Part shown: positions 62,536-64,000 of the stretch, one piece after another
Layout of the letters: every line of letters begins with the position of its first letter
Position numbering within the stretch: the stretch's first letter is position 1
NCBI GenBank assembly: GCA_951406725.2
Contig: OX597824.1
Location: forward strand, 14,818,001 to 14,882,000
DNA length: 64,000 nucleotides
Reading direction: 5' to 3'
DNA from: Octopus vulgaris
Lineage: Eukaryota
Made by a program: the position numbers and the translations under genes
Notes under the pieces: generated by a model
Databases searched by the model: none
The model's input: the letters and a program-made list of their open reading frames with translations, nothing else
What the model was told of the DNA's origin: nothing

Positions 62536-64000
62536 TATCAGGATTAGGATTGGTGAGGGGTGGTGGATAAAAATATCAATTTTTAAAATTCCTCTAAAAG
62601 TTGAAAAAACAAAGTATTCTGAAAGGTGTGGACTGTTGGATACAACCCATTGGAATATGTTGTAATGACTGGAATTGAGTATTTTCCATGAAATCTTACA
62701 TTTTATAATCTCCTTGGACAAGACCAAAATTTGGGTCGTTGATAAGGAAAGGGAATTCTGAGGAATTTAAAATAGCGTAGAATATTTGTGGGGAAAACAA
62801 TCCCCTTTGCTCATCAAAGCATAGAGAAATAGTTTATTTCAGAAATTCCTCCCTCTTTTAGAATACATATTTTCAAACAAAAAAAAGTGTGATTTAAGGG
62901 AGATTTGGCTGTTGTTTCTAGCATGATCAGTAAGGTTGATAAAAATCATAAATTTTCAAAAAAAAATTTTCATACCATAAAAAAGTTTATGCTATTAATG
63001 GGGAGAAAATATGGAAAAACATTAATACTTCTCAAAGTGAAAAAGAAACAAAGAAGGTGGTCATGGGATATGCTAGAAACAACAGCCAAATGGGGAGGGG
63101 TGTAAAAATGTGGAAGGTGGTCTTGGATATGTTAGAAACAACAGCCAGATCGGGAAGAGGAGAAAAAAAAAAGCCTTTTTCGTATTCATTTTTTGTTAAA
63201 AACTTGCTCCAGATTATTTTTAAGGGCAATTGGAAAAAATCTGAAAAATCCCCATTAAAACGGCGAAATTTCAACTTACGTGGAAGACCTATCCCTGACG
63301 TCCGCCTTTTTTAAACATTAAATTCCGATATAATTGTAATCTATAGCGTCTGAAAGATATTTGTAGACCAATTTCATTTAATATTACCTATTTTCTGAAA
63401 GTTATGAGGAAACAAATTCGAATGGACACATTTGTATATATATATATATATATGCCAAATTTAGGTATATAATATAATACCTACTTTTATTATCGCATTC
63501 TCTCTTTCGCCAGAATTTAAATTATTAAGCAACAATTAAGCAACGTTAAATGGAAATATTTCAGACATGATTGAATGACACAAACCTATTAACCCATGCC
63601 TAGAAGTTATTCTTTTATCGTGAATTGAAAACTGCTTTGATTTCCTTTTGATACAAGGCCGTCAGTGATTTCCTCGAGTCTTATTATAAAAGTTTCATGT
63701 TTTAAAAGAGAACCAAATTAAAAACCTTCCGGCAAAATTTCGTTTTAATTTATGTTCAAAAAATTATTATAACGACAAAAGGATTTCACTTAATTCTTTA
63801 TTACTTTTAAAATGAAGTGAAACAAAGACAGGATATCTCAAAAGAAGTATGATAACGAAAGAGTACACAATTTATATCAGTTCTTTAAACCGAAGATACA
63901 GAATATCGAGAACCTCTTCCCCAACTATGTCCCTTAAAGCTTTTGGGCGAAACAAAACCCTTACACCCGCATGGTCGAATTTTTTAAAATTAGAGTTATG

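Overview
AT-rich, microsatellite- and SINE-dense eukaryotic DNA. The repeat landscape suggests an octopus (coleoid cephalopod) genome; this is an inference. Three spliced protein-coding genes can be rebuilt by hand. (1) The 5' part of MCM8 on the minus strand: 7 coding exons from 8126 to 1299, continuing off the left edge. (2) PRORSD1/ProXp-ala on the plus strand: 2 exons, 170 aa, head-to-head with MCM8. (3) An ankyrin-repeat + SOCS-box (ASB-type) gene on the minus strand: 2 coding exons, 411 aa, tail-to-tail with PRORSD1, with probable non-coding exons further right. The rest is several tRNA-derived SINE families, RTE/CR1/Tx1 LINE 3' ends, non-autonomous Helitrons, piggyBac- and TcMar-type MITEs, a mariner relic, foldback elements and tandem repeats. 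The most interesting hidden signal is a set of at least seven minimal type I hammerhead-ribozyme motifs from several sequence families, in short microsatellite-flanked Penelope-like remnants. One has a fully canonical core (17987-18035) and a three-copy family has a non-canonical CUGUYGA core. Also notable are Tx1 LINE ends embedded in (TATC)n tracts, a near-perfect 78-bp palindrome, and a ~40-unit CATATG/(CA)n minisatellite. No prokaryotic features or CRISPR arrays. Most ORF-track entries are repeat artefacts.
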